Virus record (IMG/VR): IMGVR_UViG_3300028920_000059
Span: 21,789 to 85,788 of that record
Strand: one strand, 5' to 3'
DNA length: 64,000 nt
Source: a virus
The notes under the pieces were generated by a model. That model was given only the letters and a program-made list of their open reading frames with translations, did no database searches and had not been told where the DNA came from. A program made the position numbers and the translations under genes. Positions 45,333 to 55,319 of this stretch are shown in pieces; within the stretch, counting starts at the first letter, position 1, and every line of letters starts with the position of its first letter.

Positions 45333-47879
45333 ATGCGCATTCGTGAGGACACTACTGTTGTACGGTTCGCTGACAGCGAGGAAGCTGTTATCCGCGAAAC
45401 CGTGGAACGGATGTCCTTCACCGACGACGACCAGATGCGGTTGGTGGAGGATACCAGCCTGATTCAAATGTCCTCGGGTGATGCATTCCAAATGGTGGAG
45501 GAGCCTAGCCTCATCAAATTCAACGACGGTGAGGCTGGCCCCCAGGGAGAAACTGGTGAGGGTGTTCCCGCTGGTGGATCCACTGGTGAGGTCCTGAAGA
45601 AAAAGTCCAATACGGATTACGATACCGAATGGGGAGAGGGTGGCGGTAGTGGGAACGTCGTAAGTGTGTTTGGTCGTGACGGGGCGGTGGTTGCGGAGGA
45701 AGAAGATTATTCGGCCTTTTACGATGAGCTTGGTGCCGCTGAGGATGAGGTCGAGGCCCACGAGTACGAGTACGACCACGACGACATCGCCCTCAATACC
45801 GACAAGCGCCACGATGCTGCTACGGTATCCGGTGATGGTATCGATATCAGCGGTCAGGATATCTCTCTAGATATTGGTACCGACGCCGATGAGGTTGCTC
45901 GGGGCAATCATCTCCACACCGGGGTCTATGACCCAGCTGGTTCTGCTGCGGCAGTAGCATCGGACCTCGCCGACCACGAAGCCGACGAAGCCAACCCGCA
46001 CTCGGTTACTGCCGCTCAAGCTGGAGCGGACCCTACGGGTACTGCCGCCGCTGAGGTAGCGGCGCATGAGTACGAGTACGACCACGATGCTTATGAAGCT
46101 CATCTGATAGATGAAACCAATCCTCACTCTGTCACCGCATCACAAGCCGGCGCCGACCCTTCGGGCACGGCCTCAGCAGCAGTGGCCTCACATGAATCTA
46201 CTTACGACCACGACGACATCGCCCTCAACACAGCCGATCGCCATAAGGCCGCATCCGTTTCTGGTAATGGTATCAGCATCGCCGGACAGCAAATCAGCCT
46301 GGACATCGGAACCGGCGCCTCGCAGGTGGCCGCCGGCGATCACCTGCATACCGGGGTCTATGATCCGATCGGCTCTGCGGATGCCGCTGTGGATGCTCAC
46401 GAGTACGAGTACGATCACGGTGCATACGATTCCCACCTGGAGGATGAGGCCAACCCTCACTCTGTGACTTTGGCCCAGGTGGGGGCCGATGGAATTTCAA
46501 ATACTCGTTTTCCCATATCTAATGGCAGCGCATTGGTTGAAAGCCTGTTGGGCATGACCCTCACCGGGGCGGCTCTCGCCTTGGCCGGAACGCTCACCGC
46601 CCCGCGATCCCTCACCATGCCCGACCGGGACGTGGATATGGGATCGCTGGTGACGGGTTACTCCAATCTGGATGACGCCAACCGCATCGTAGTGAGCGAC
46701 GGTGCCGGTGGCCTAACGGAATCCAACCTGTCAATTTCGGCGACGACGCTCAGCGGCGCGACGGTTATCGACACGGCGGCGGCCGAAGACCTGGAGCTGA
46801 AATATAACGGATCGACCCAACTACAAATTAGCTCGACGTTTTCATATCTCAACAATACGCTGCTATTCCCGTCCTCGGCTGATTATATCGCCGTCCGCAA
46901 CTTCGGAGACACCAGCTATATACAGGTGTTTGACGTATTCGCCTCTAATGAGCTGGCCGTTGGCTACAGCTCTGCCCACGACGGACTCGTTCTGGGCATC
47001 TCCTCCAAGCCGATCTATCCATACAATGGCCTGACGTTCTGGGGCGGGTATTTTATCGACTCCGGTAGCGCGAACGACTTGGCCTTCAAGCGCGACGGCT
47101 CGACCATCCTGACGCTTGAGTCGGACGGGTTCACCAGCCTTGCCGATACCGACGCGATCTACAATGCCGGCCGGTGCAAATTCGGGTACGTCGGGGGCGG
47201 CTACACGGACACCGCGGGGTTTGGGCATCTAGACCATTTCGGCCCGGCGACGGTGGCGCTGCGCGCTGATTCAACCGGCGCGGTGCGTCTCCAGTCGGAT
47301 GGGCAAACTCTTTGGCTGGTGGCCGGCACGACGATGGAAGCCTCCGCCGGCGGGACGGACGTGTTTGCCTTCAGTTCGTCGCTCTGCCAGTTCAAGGTCA
47401 ACGTCATTCACGGCAGCGGTCTTTATTTCCGCCCGGCCGATGTCACTGGCCAGGCCCTTGGCACGACGACCTATAAGTGGCAGGTTTACACCGACTATCT
47501 CTACCTTGCAGGCAATGCGCGCATCCTCAACAACAACCCTCTGACCTGGCGAAACGCGGCGAACAGCGCATGGCTGACCGGCATTGTCATCAATGGCAGT
47601 GACGAATTGTCCGTTGGGTATTGTACGTCGGTAGACTCTAGCGCCGCCAAGGATTTGGCCCTCAAGCGCAACGGCTCGACCATTGCCAGCGTCGTCTCGG
47701 CCGGCGTCAACCTTGCGTCCGGCAAGGTGTTGCAAGTCAACGGAACCCAGGTGGTCGGCGCCCGCGTCGTGGACGGAGACCTTGGCAACACACCTAACAC
47801 CGGCGACACAGACACCGACGACATGATCCAAGCCCTCGCCGACCTCGTCATTTCGCACGGCCTTGGGGCCACTTCTTAG
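45333..47879 (+). CDS. fibre-like virion protein with internal repeats
   Basis: GVPAGG.TG.VL.KKS.TDYD..W, VVSVFGR.G.V, repeated HEYEYDH, NPHSVT and HLHTGVYDP; beta-rich C-terminal half. Confidence 0.7.
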   Translation: MRIREDTTVVRFADSEEAVIRETVERMSFTDDDQMRLVEDTSLIQMSSGDAFQMVEEPSLIKFNDGEAGPQGETGEGVPAGGSTGEVLKKKSNTDYDTEWGEGGGSGNVVSVFGRDGAVVAEEEDYSAFYDELGAAEDEVEAHEYEYDHDDIALNTDKRHDAATVSGDGIDISGQDISLDIGTDADEVARGNHLHTGVYDPAGSAAAVASDLADHEADEANPHSVTAAQAGADPTGTAAAEVAAHEYEYDHDAYEAHLIDETNPHSVTASQAGADPSGTASAAVASHESTYDHDDIALNTADRHKAASVSGNGISIAGQQISLDIGTGASQVAAGDHLHTGVYDPIGSADAAVDAHEYEYDHGAYDSHLEDEANPHSVTLAQVGADGISNTRFPISNGSALVESLLGMTLTGAALALAGTLTAPRSLTMPDRDVDMGSLVTGYSNLDDANRIVVSDGAGGLTESNLSISATTLSGATVIDTAAAEDLELKYNGSTQLQISSTFSYLNNTLLFPSSADYIAVRNFGDTSYIQVFDVFASNELAVGYSSAHDGLVLGISSKPIYPYNGLTFWGGYFIDSGSANDLAFKRDGSTILTLESDGFTSLADTDAIYNAGRCKFGYVGGGYTDTAGFGHLDHFGPATVALRADSTGAVRLQSDGQTLWLVAGTTMEASAGGTDVFAFSSSLCQFKVNVIHGSGLYFRPADVTGQALGTTTYKWQVYTDYLYLAGNARILNNNPLTWRNAANSAWLTGIVINGSDELSVGYCTSVDSSAAKDLALKRNGSTIASVVSAGVNLASGKVLQVNGTQVVGARVVDGDLGNTPNTGDTDTDDMIQALADLVISHGLGATS

Positions 47880-47887
47880 GAGCACAC

Positions 47888-48256
47888 ATGGCACTGCCCA
47901 AATTCACCGCGACCAAGGGCGCCAAGAGCGCGACCTTCCGCATTTTCGACCTAGTTCGAGATCTGCAACCCGAGGACGACGAGGGCAACCCCGCGCCGCT
48001 GTTGCTCTTGGATGTTGACCTATTGGCTAATGACCCGTGGGGCGACGACACGTATTGGAGTCGGGACAGGTCTCATTGGCCGGATCAGATTGTGCTTGCC
48101 GATTTTTCCTTCGGGCTTGCCCAGGAGGCCGCAGCGGTTTCCGCCCTGGGGTCGGAGCTTGACGGCAAGCCGGAGGCCAAGCGTCAGGTCATGATCGCAG
48201 TGAAGGCATTCGATCAGGCCAACGGCTGCACCAGCGTCATAGATTGGGGCACCTGA
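47888..48256 (+). CDS. hypothetical protein
   Basis: AGGAG RBS. Confidence 0.6.
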   Translation: MALPKFTATKGAKSATFRIFDLVRDLQPEDDEGNPAPLLLLDVDLLANDPWGDDTYWSRDRSHWPDQIVLADFSFGLAQEAAAVSALGSELDGKPEAKRQVMIAVKAFDQANGCTSVIDWGT

Positions 48257-48321
48257 CCACGGGCCGATGACTATTGACCAAACCGACCACGCCGGTAGGA
48301 TATGCTGCGGGAGGTACAACA

Positions 48322-48771
48322 ATGACGACCGAGAAGGCCAAGAAGCCAGAAAAATACCGGTTTAGCGTGAGTCTAGACGCCCACCGGTACCTTTTGCAGA
48401 TACTCCGGCAACCCCCCGGGAAAAAGGCAACCGGATCGCAGATTGTCCGGGGCGCCGAGGTTGAGGAAATGCTGGACGACCTCGACCATGCAAACCCCCG
48501 GCCGACTCCGCCGGATGGCGGGACCGAGGTTCAGTGCGTCAAGTGCGGTACGCTGATGAATAATCTGCCGCAGGCCGAGGCCGACGAGCATCGTCAAAAC
48601 CTGCGCGACTGGCTGCGAAAAAAGCATACGATCACGATGACCGAATTTCAGCGGCAGGCTTGCCAATTCGTCGTCCGCGAGTGGCGCAAGGCTGGCAATA
48701 TGTCAATGGCCCGCGCCTCCGGAGAGCTGTTGGTTGCGCTCGGGCTGGACGCTGAGGACGAGAAGGAATAA
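48322..48771 (+). CDS. hypothetical protein
   Basis: GGAGG RBS; TTGACC-16-TAGGAT upstream at 48274-48301. Confidence 0.6.
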   Translation: MTTEKAKKPEKYRFSVSLDAHRYLLQILRQPPGKKATGSQIVRGAEVEEMLDDLDHANPRPTPPDGGTEVQCVKCGTLMNNLPQAEADEHRQNLRDWLRKKHTITMTEFQRQACQFVVREWRKAGNMSMARASGELLVALGLDAEDEKE

Positions 48772-48774
48772 ATC

Positions 48775-49017
48775 GTGCCAGAGACATCGGCTGTTGCCCG
48801 TAACGGGAGTTTCCGGATCACCGCATCGTGGCTGGTCGGGATTATTATGGGCATTTTGTCCCTGTTGTCTGTCTGGACGCTGATAAACACCCACACGACA
48901 TGCGTAAAGGTTGCCCGGCTGGAAGTCGAGGTGGCCAATCTCAAGCGCATGCTCAAACCGGTAACCGCTGTCCCCGGCGGCTCCGTTTGCATTATCGAGG
49001 AGGCAAACCATGAGTGA
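48775..49017 (+). CDS. single-TM membrane protein
   Basis: WLVGIIMGILSLLSVW followed by a short coiled coil. Confidence 0.55.
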   Translation: MPETSAVARNGSFRITASWLVGIIMGILSLLSVWTLINTHTTCVKVARLEVEVANLKRMLKPVTAVPGGSVCIIEEANHE

Positions 49018-49219
49018 AGATTCCGAGAAAAAGCCGGCCCGCGGCATCAAAACGACCGAGTTTTGGTTGTCGCTGGTGGCCGTTGTCGGCGGTTTCATCT
49101 TGTCGAGCGGACTGCTGACCGAGGGTGGCACCGCGGCGACAATCACCGGCGCCATTGTCGCCGGCCTGGCCGCCCTGGGCTACACCGCCAGCCGCGGCAA
49201 GATCAAGTCGGGCAAGTGA
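49010..49219 (+). CDS. holin-like two-TM protein
   Basis: GIKTTEFWLS, two hydrophobic helices, GYTASRG..K basic tail. Confidence 0.65.
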   Translation: MSEDSEKKPARGIKTTEFWLSLVAVVGGFILSSGLLTEGGTAATITGAIVAGLAALGYTASRGKIKSGK

Positions 49220-49402
49220 CGTGGAGGGCCTAGCCGCCGCCGTGATGGCGTGGCTGGGGCCGATTCTTGAGGCCCTAGCGCCGTTGGCCCGTGCCATACT
49301 GGCCGAGATATGGGACCGTGTCGAGCGACCACAGCCGGGAGCGTATGTGGAGGACGGCGACGGCCCCGGCTCCGATGTGCGCGACCGCCCGGAGGCGTGA
49401 TA

Positions 49403-49627
49403 ATGCTACGTTTGGCCTGTACTTGTTTACTTCTGCTGACCATTTGCGCGGCCGGGTGCCGGCGCAAGGTATATGTATTGGACCCCGCGCCGAAGTATCG
49501 GATTGCCTACGCCACCGAAATACCGGTCATATTCACTGATCCTGACACCGGTAGGCGGGTCATTTACTACGCGACTTTCCCGGCCAACTCGTTTGTCGTG
49601 TTTCCCGACGAGTACCTTCCGGAGTAA
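49403..49627 (+). CDS. small lipoprotein (spanin-like)
   Basis: Signal peptide ending in lipobox-like AAGC; follows the holin-like gene. Confidence 0.55.
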   Translation: MLRLACTCLLLLTICAAGCRRKVYVLDPAPKYRIAYATEIPVIFTDPDTGRRVIYYATFPANSFVVFPDEYLPE

Positions 49628-49643
49628 ATTCTGCCGGTTGACG

Positions 49644-49671
49644 TTGACGCCACGGCATGCGGCCGTAAAAT
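49644..49671 (+). promoter_or_regulatory. sigma70-like promoter of head module 2
   Basis: TTGACG-16-TAAAAT, 10 nt before ATG 49682, no SD. Confidence 0.55.
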
Positions 49672-49681
49672 TGCCTCGCAC

Positions 49682-51739
49682 ATGGCAAATGGTTTCCCCG
49701 GCACCCTCCGTGCCGCTAAGACTCCCGATCAGGACAAGGTGACTTTTACCGCCGCGGTGGATTTACAGGCCGCGGCGTCCGATGGTAGCGCGGGAAGCCT
49801 GCGCCGGTTCAAGCTGGACGCCTATAACGGCGGCCCGATGAATTTCCTTTGGTCCGAGGCTCCCGTCGTGGTGGACTTGGCCGGACTCAAGGCCGACAAG
49901 CAGCAGAGGCCAATCCTGCGCGACCATGATATGTCCGCGATTGTCGGCCATTCCGAGAAAATCACGAATACCGGCACGTCCCTTGTGATCGAGGGTGTCG
50001 TTTCCGGTGGTGGAGATGCCGCCGCCGCCGTGGTTGCCTCTGCCGACAATGGTTTCCCGTGGGAGGCCAGCATCGGGACCACGATCGAGGGCATCACCGA
50101 GATCAGGGCCGGCGAGACCGCCGAGGTGAATGGCCGCACGATGCCAGGCCCCCTCACCATTGTATCCAAATCCTCACTTCGTGAGACTTCTTTCGTACCC
50201 TTGGGCGCCGACGACACAACCGCCGCGCGTCTGGTGGCTAATCGTCAGCACAAGCAGAAGGAACCCAAAATGAACCCCGAGTTTATCAAGTGGCTCAAGG
50301 AAAACGACTTCGATCCCAAGGCGGTCGAGGCGAACGACAGGCAGAAGGCCAAGCTGGAGGCCCAGTGGAAGTCCGAGACCGAGGAGCCGGCCCAGCCGGA
50401 CCCCGATGTGCCGGACCCCGATGTGCCGGACCCCGTGGCCGACCTGACCGCTCGCGCCGCCCTGGAGGCTGAGCGTATCGCCATGGTTCAGCGGGAGACC
50501 AAGGACCACCCGGAGCTGACCGCCAAGGCCATCTCCGAAAAGTGGGACGAAAACCGGGTGAAGCTCGAGGCCCTGCGCGCCGACCGCAACGTGAACATCA
50601 ACACGGGCGCCGGCACCGACCCGAGCATCACCAACCAGGTGCTCGAAGCGGCGCTTTGCACCGCCATCAAGATGCCCGAGCCGGAAAAGCACTTCGATGA
50701 GCGCACCCTGGACGCCGTCCACAAGCGGTACCGCCAGCCGATCAGCCTGCAAGAGCTGATTATGGAGGCGGCGCTTGCGAATGGCTACGTGGGCGCTCGC
50801 AGCTTCCGCCAGGACCCCCGCGGCATCATGCGGGCGGCCTTTGGCCTGGAGGCCGGGTTCAGCACCATCGACATCTCCGGAATCCTCGGCAACACCGCCA
50901 ACAAGTCGCTCCTCGAGGGCTTCAACGGTGTCGAGAGTGGGTGGCGCACCATCACGGCCATCAAGCCGGTAAACAACTTCCACACGCACACCCGGTACCG
51001 CCTGACCGGCGACCTCAAGTACGAGAAGGTCGCGGCTGGCGGCGAAATCCCGCACGGCGACGTCGCCGAGCTGAGCTATACCAACAAGGCGGACACCTAC
51101 GCCCGAATGATGGCTATTAGCCGGCACGACATTATCAACGACGACCTCGGCGCGCTGGACGAAATCCCGCGCAAGCTGGGCCGCGGTGCCGCCTTGCAGC
51201 TCAATACCGTGTTTTGGACGGAGTTCCTTGCCGACGCTGGCACGTTCTACACGTCCGGCCGTGGCAACTACAACACCGGCGCCGGTTCTGCCCTCGGTAG
51301 TGCTGGCCTCGGCGCTGCGATCACCGACTTCCGTGACCAGACCGACGCGGATAGCAACCCCCTGGGCGTCGAGCCGCGTATCATCGTGGTCCCGCCGGCC
51401 CTGGAGGCTACCCTGCTCGAGCTGATCCGGTCCGTGACCGTCAACACCGGCGGCAGCGCGACGACTACGCAGGTCCCGAACGCCAACATCTATGCCGGAC
51501 GGTTCGTGCCCGTCGTCTCGTCCTACCTGACGAGCGACAGCGCGACCGCCTGGTACCTGCTGGCCGACCCGCGCGACCTGGCGATGATCGAGACCGTATT
51601 CCTCAACGGCCAGGAGACCCCGGTGGTGGAGACGGCCGATGCCGACTTCAACGTCCTCGGCATCCAGTTCCGCGGCTATCACGACTTCGGCGTGAACAAG
51701 CAGGAATACCGGGCCGCCGTCAAGAACGCTGGCGCCTAA
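49682..51739 (+). CDS. prohead protease - major capsid protein 2 fusion (Mu gpT-like capsid domain)
   Basis: N-terminal AYNGG, ILRDHD...VGH, FPWEASIG, ETSFV.LGAD; C-terminal ISRHDIINDDLGA, AWYLLADP, FLNGQETP, DFGV. Confidence 0.88.
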   Translation: MANGFPGTLRAAKTPDQDKVTFTAAVDLQAAASDGSAGSLRRFKLDAYNGGPMNFLWSEAPVVVDLAGLKADKQQRPILRDHDMSAIVGHSEKITNTGTSLVIEGVVSGGGDAAAAVVASADNGFPWEASIGTTIEGITEIRAGETAEVNGRTMPGPLTIVSKSSLRETSFVPLGADDTTAARLVANRQHKQKEPKMNPEFIKWLKENDFDPKAVEANDRQKAKLEAQWKSETEEPAQPDPDVPDPDVPDPVADLTARAALEAERIAMVQRETKDHPELTAKAISEKWDENRVKLEALRADRNVNINTGAGTDPSITNQVLEAALCTAIKMPEPEKHFDERTLDAVHKRYRQPISLQELIMEAALANGYVGARSFRQDPRGIMRAAFGLEAGFSTIDISGILGNTANKSLLEGFNGVESGWRTITAIKPVNNFHTHTRYRLTGDLKYEKVAAGGEIPHGDVAELSYTNKADTYARMMAISRHDIINDDLGALDEIPRKLGRGAALQLNTVFWTEFLADAGTFYTSGRGNYNTGAGSALGSAGLGAAITDFRDQTDADSNPLGVEPRIIVVPPALEATLLELIRSVTVNTGGSATTTQVPNANIYAGRFVPVVSSYLTSDSATAWYLLADPRDLAMIETVFLNGQETPVVETADADFNVLGIQFRGYHDFGVNKQEYRAAVKNAGA

Positions 51740-51772
51740 CCAGCCCGCACCTAGAGAGCAAAGGATAACATC

Positions 51773-52123
51773 ATGGCAGCTACGACTACCTTCATCGGCG
51801 CGGGCGGATATTGGCCCCATACCCCGGATTCCGAGGTCTCCGCTGGCGACATGGTCGTCATGGGCGAGGTTGTGGGTCACGCCCCGCGTGACATCGCGGC
51901 CGACGAGGAAGGCACCATCCAGACCGAGGGTATCGTCGAGGTACCCAAGGCCAGCACTTCCGGCTCAGCGATCACCCAGGGCCAGCGTCTTTATTGGGAT
52001 GCGTCGAACCTCATTGCCGTGACGACCAAGAGTACGCACAAGTGCCTTGGCTTCGCGCAGGAGGCCGCGGCGTCGGGCGACTCGACCGTCCGGGTTGCTT
52101 TGGCCCGCTGGTACGATAGCTAA
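51773..52123 (+). CDS. capsid cement protein (DUF2190)
   Basis: V.AGD.VV.G, DIAA...G, LYWD, TVRV.L. Confidence 0.8.
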   Translation: MAATTTFIGAGGYWPHTPDSEVSAGDMVVMGEVVGHAPRDIAADEEGTIQTEGIVEVPKASTSGSAITQGQRLYWDASNLIAVTTKSTHKCLGFAQEAAASGDSTVRVALARWYDS

Positions 52124-52143
52124 TCCGATCTAGCCCGACAACG

Positions 52144-52177
52144 CACCGTCCCTGCATCCCGCGGGGACGGTGTTTTT
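52144..52177 (+). terminator. intrinsic terminator
   Basis: CACCGTCCC-loop-GGGACGGTG followed by TTTTT. Confidence 0.7.
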
Positions 52178-52783
52178 ATGGGGGTCCCCATGCCCAAGCC
52201 GTACCGCGAGATTTTGGTAATGGCTTGCAGCAGGTCGGGGACCTACTATACGGCTGAATATCTCACCGGCATGGGGCTGGACGTCGGTCACGAGCGCATC
52301 AATGCCGACGGCGCCTGCGGGTGGCCATATGCGGTTTCCGAACCGTATATCAGGGCGAATGGACGGCGAGACGAGTACGAGTGGGGCGTAATCGTCCATC
52401 AGGTCCGGCATCCGTTGTCGACAATATCCAGCATGCTGACGCATGAGCCGCCGATGATTGGATTCGTGTCGCGGCATCTCGGCGGACTTCCCGATGACAT
52501 GCTTCATGCGGCAATGCTTTATTGGATCGGCTGGAATGAGCTAATCGAGCACCAGACGGACATACGATACCGCGTCGAGGACCTATGGCCGCACGGTCCG
52601 GCCGATCGGCTACTTCGCGGATCGCTGCCAACCAAAGAGGTCGGGCAAGTTGTCCGGCCGCCATCAGCAAGGACCAATGCTCGAGCGCATCCGGACAAGG
52701 GGTGGGCCGACCTTGAGCGCAAGGATTTGAGGGCATCGCGGTACATTTACCGCATGGCCCACAAATACGGGTATACGGAATGA
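52178..52783 (+). CDS. sulfotransferase-like P-loop protein
   Basis: 5'-PSB-like SRSGT, GHE, 3'-PB-like VRHPLSTISS, RVEDL. Confidence 0.65.
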   Translation: MGVPMPKPYREILVMACSRSGTYYTAEYLTGMGLDVGHERINADGACGWPYAVSEPYIRANGRRDEYEWGVIVHQVRHPLSTISSMLTHEPPMIGFVSRHLGGLPDDMLHAAMLYWIGWNELIEHQTDIRYRVEDLWPHGPADRLLRGSLPTKEVGQVVRPPSARTNARAHPDKGWADLERKDLRASRYIYRMAHKYGYTE

Positions 52784-53310
52784 TAGACGCGGAAGTGCTC
52801 AAATACTCGGCCTGGGCATCGCATATGCCCGTATTCTTCGCCTGTGCGGCGCTCCAGGGCGGCGATGTGCTGGAACTTGGCGCCGGACTTTATTCGACGC
52901 CACCGCTTCATTATATGTGCCGCGTTCAGGGCCGTCGTCTGATTACGATTGAAACGGCAGCGTCATGGCTCAATGAGTTGATCGACTACCGTAATGGATG
53001 GCATCAGATGATGGCCTCCAAGACCCCGTCGCAAGAGGACGCACTGGGCTGGGAGTACGGGATTGCGCTGGTCGACTGTGCGGCCCAGCATCGCCGGCCG
53101 TGCATCAAACGGCTGCATCATGTCCCGATGGTGGTCATACATGACACCGAGGAAATGCACGCGCGCACCTATAAGTGGGAGGGGGTATTGGATGAGTACG
53201 AATACCGGGCCGACTTCATCGTGTCCCCGTGGTCATGGGTGCGGACAACAGTTCTAAGCGATACAATCGACGTTGACGCGGAGCTGAGGCGGGATAGGCT
53301 GCCGACATGA
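52780..53310 (+). CDS. SAM-dependent methyltransferase-like protein
   Basis: VLELGAGLYST, ALVD, VVIHDTE. Confidence 0.7.
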   Translation: MIDAEVLKYSAWASHMPVFFACAALQGGDVLELGAGLYSTPPLHYMCRVQGRRLITIETAASWLNELIDYRNGWHQMMASKTPSQEDALGWEYGIALVDCAAQHRRPCIKRLHHVPMVVIHDTEEMHARTYKWEGVLDEYEYRADFIVSPWSWVRTTVLSDTIDVDAELRRDRLPT

Positions 53311-54944
53311 TTCCCCGAATAATCCATTTTGTTTGGATTGGCGGCCCAATGCCGGCATGGGCGGCGCGGAATATGGACGAGTTTCGCCGCCTGAACCCGG
53401 GATACGAGATAAAAATTCATGGCGAGGAGTCATTGGATAGTGACTGGCGTCGGCGGTATTCCCGATGCCAGAAGTTCAGCAGCAAGTCGGACATAATCAG
53501 ATATTGCGTATTGGCCCGCGAGGGCGGGTGGTATTTCGATTCTGACTTCTGGCCGCTGCGCCCGCTGGACGATGCCGTTCGGGCTTGGCAACTTGACGGC
53601 ACGACGCTGTTTATCAGCAAGATACGCGGTCACCTGTCCGGCGACAAGCTGCCGTATGCAAATGGCATACTTGGTTGCGCCCCCGGACACCCGGCGATAC
53701 GATACCTCCGCGACCGAGTGCTTGACACCCCGTTTATGGGCACTGTCACCTATGGCCCGGCCCTGGTGAATGACCTAGTTCGGGAAATGCCGGCCAAACT
53801 CACGGTTGCCGAACCCGGCTGGTTTTTCCCGGTCACTATTGACCAGACCATGTCGGCCGCGCCGTACATCATACAGGGCAGGAGCGCAGAGCTTCGCGGC
53901 CTGCGGGAGCATACGGCGGGCCAGTTACCATTCGGGGCGCACTTTTGGAACGGCTCCCCGGCCGTTGACCTAGATCGGGCGTATAGCTTTGATATCGACA
54001 ATACGCCGGTCGCGCTCATACAAGCATACGACTACCGTAACAAGTTACACCCCCTGGCCAGGATAAGCGATGGCCTTGCCGAGCTTGGGTTCTACATCGA
54101 AAAGCGACTCCCGGGCATCAGGGACCCCGACCTCGTCGTATGCTGGAATGGCAAGCGCCCCAACAATTTTTATGCCGAGATGTCGCGGGAGCACAACATA
54201 CCATGTATTTACATGGAACACGGGTTTTACCAGCGGCGCGAATTCAGCCAGGCCGACCCGCGCGGGATATTACACTGGTCCACCTGGGCCGATCACGTGG
54301 CAGAGGAACCGCCGCCGGCCGCATATGACCGGCTCGCCTTCCATCATCCATCATGGGACGAGATCGAGTTCGCGCCCCGCTCCGGCTACGTGCTGATACT
54401 CGGCCAGGTTCCCGGTGATGCGCAAATGATAGAGTCGGAATATGATGCCCCTCCGGCGATGCTGCAACAGATCAGCCGCGGTCTTCCGCATGGTGTCGAG
54501 GCGGTCTTTCGCCAGCATCCGGTGGCACCACCGCTCGAGCGTTCTGTCCGCCGGCTGTGCCCGGGAATAGACTTGCGTCAGGGCACCGATAGGGACTTGT
54601 ACTCACGCGACTTGCAGGCCCCGAAAAGCCTGCGCGATGATATGGCCGGGGCCAAATTCTGCATTGCGATCAATTCTAACGCGCTGGTCGAGGCAACAGC
54701 CATGGGGATTCCATGCCTGGCATTTGGTCCGGCCCTTGGCATCAATGCCGGCGTATACCATCCGACAAGTGCCCGGACGCTCCGGCAGGACATGGCGGAA
54801 ATGCTCGGCGGGTGGCATCCGGACGCCGGGAGGGCCAAGGCCTTCCTTGCGTGGCTCGCATGGATACAATATAGCGGCGCGGAGCTGTCGGAGCCGGAGG
54901 TTGTGCGCTGCCTTTGCCAGCGGGCAGGAGTTAGGGGGTTTTGA
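53307..54944 (+). CDS. GT32 (DxD) glycosyltransferase fused to a KpsS/KpsC-like capsule synthesis domain
   Basis: IPRIIHFVWIG, SDIIRY...GGWYFDSD; C-terminal EHGF, GQVPGDA, FRQHP, INSNALVEA...GIP. Confidence 0.8.
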   Translation: MIPRIIHFVWIGGPMPAWAARNMDEFRRLNPGYEIKIHGEESLDSDWRRRYSRCQKFSSKSDIIRYCVLAREGGWYFDSDFWPLRPLDDAVRAWQLDGTTLFISKIRGHLSGDKLPYANGILGCAPGHPAIRYLRDRVLDTPFMGTVTYGPALVNDLVREMPAKLTVAEPGWFFPVTIDQTMSAAPYIIQGRSAELRGLREHTAGQLPFGAHFWNGSPAVDLDRAYSFDIDNTPVALIQAYDYRNKLHPLARISDGLAELGFYIEKRLPGIRDPDLVVCWNGKRPNNFYAEMSREHNIPCIYMEHGFYQRREFSQADPRGILHWSTWADHVAEEPPPAAYDRLAFHHPSWDEIEFAPRSGYVLILGQVPGDAQMIESEYDAPPAMLQQISRGLPHGVEAVFRQHPVAPPLERSVRRLCPGIDLRQGTDRDLYSRDLQAPKSLRDDMAGAKFCIAINSNALVEATAMGIPCLAFGPALGINAGVYHPTSARTLRQDMAEMLGGWHPDAGRAKAFLAWLAWIQYSGAELSEPEVVRCLCQRAGVRGF

Positions 54945-55318
54945 TGGTAAACCGGTTAGAGCGTGGAGCGGATCGCCTGGCGGACCGGTTTCGTTCGGTA
55001 GCAGTCGAGTCCATAACCTATATTCGCGGGGTGACGACCCTTTCGGCCGTCCCGGCCGTTATCGGCCGCACGATATTCCGCACCGATCAGGGTGGCGGGG
55101 CGATGTTGCGCGAGGAAAGCCGGGACTTTATTGTCAAGCCGTCGGACCTCGGCGCCCTGGGCGAACCCCAGGAGCGGGACGAAATCCGGGAGGTTGGCGG
55201 CGACGGCACTACCCGGATGTATCGCGTGACGACCTTTGATGGTACGAATCCGTGGAAGTGGACCGACGGTTATCACAACAAGTACCGCATCCACACGAAA
55301 TATATAAAGGACTTGTGA
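54941..55318 (+). CDS. head-tail joining protein
   Basis: Position; RDFIV, EP...D.I.E, RIHTK. Confidence 0.65.
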   Translation: MMVNRLERGADRLADRFRSVAVESITYIRGVTTLSAVPAVIGRTIFRTDQGGGAMLREESRDFIVKPSDLGALGEPQERDEIREVGGDGTTRMYRVTTFDGTNPWKWTDGYHNKYRIHTKYIKDL

Positions 55319-55319
55319 C

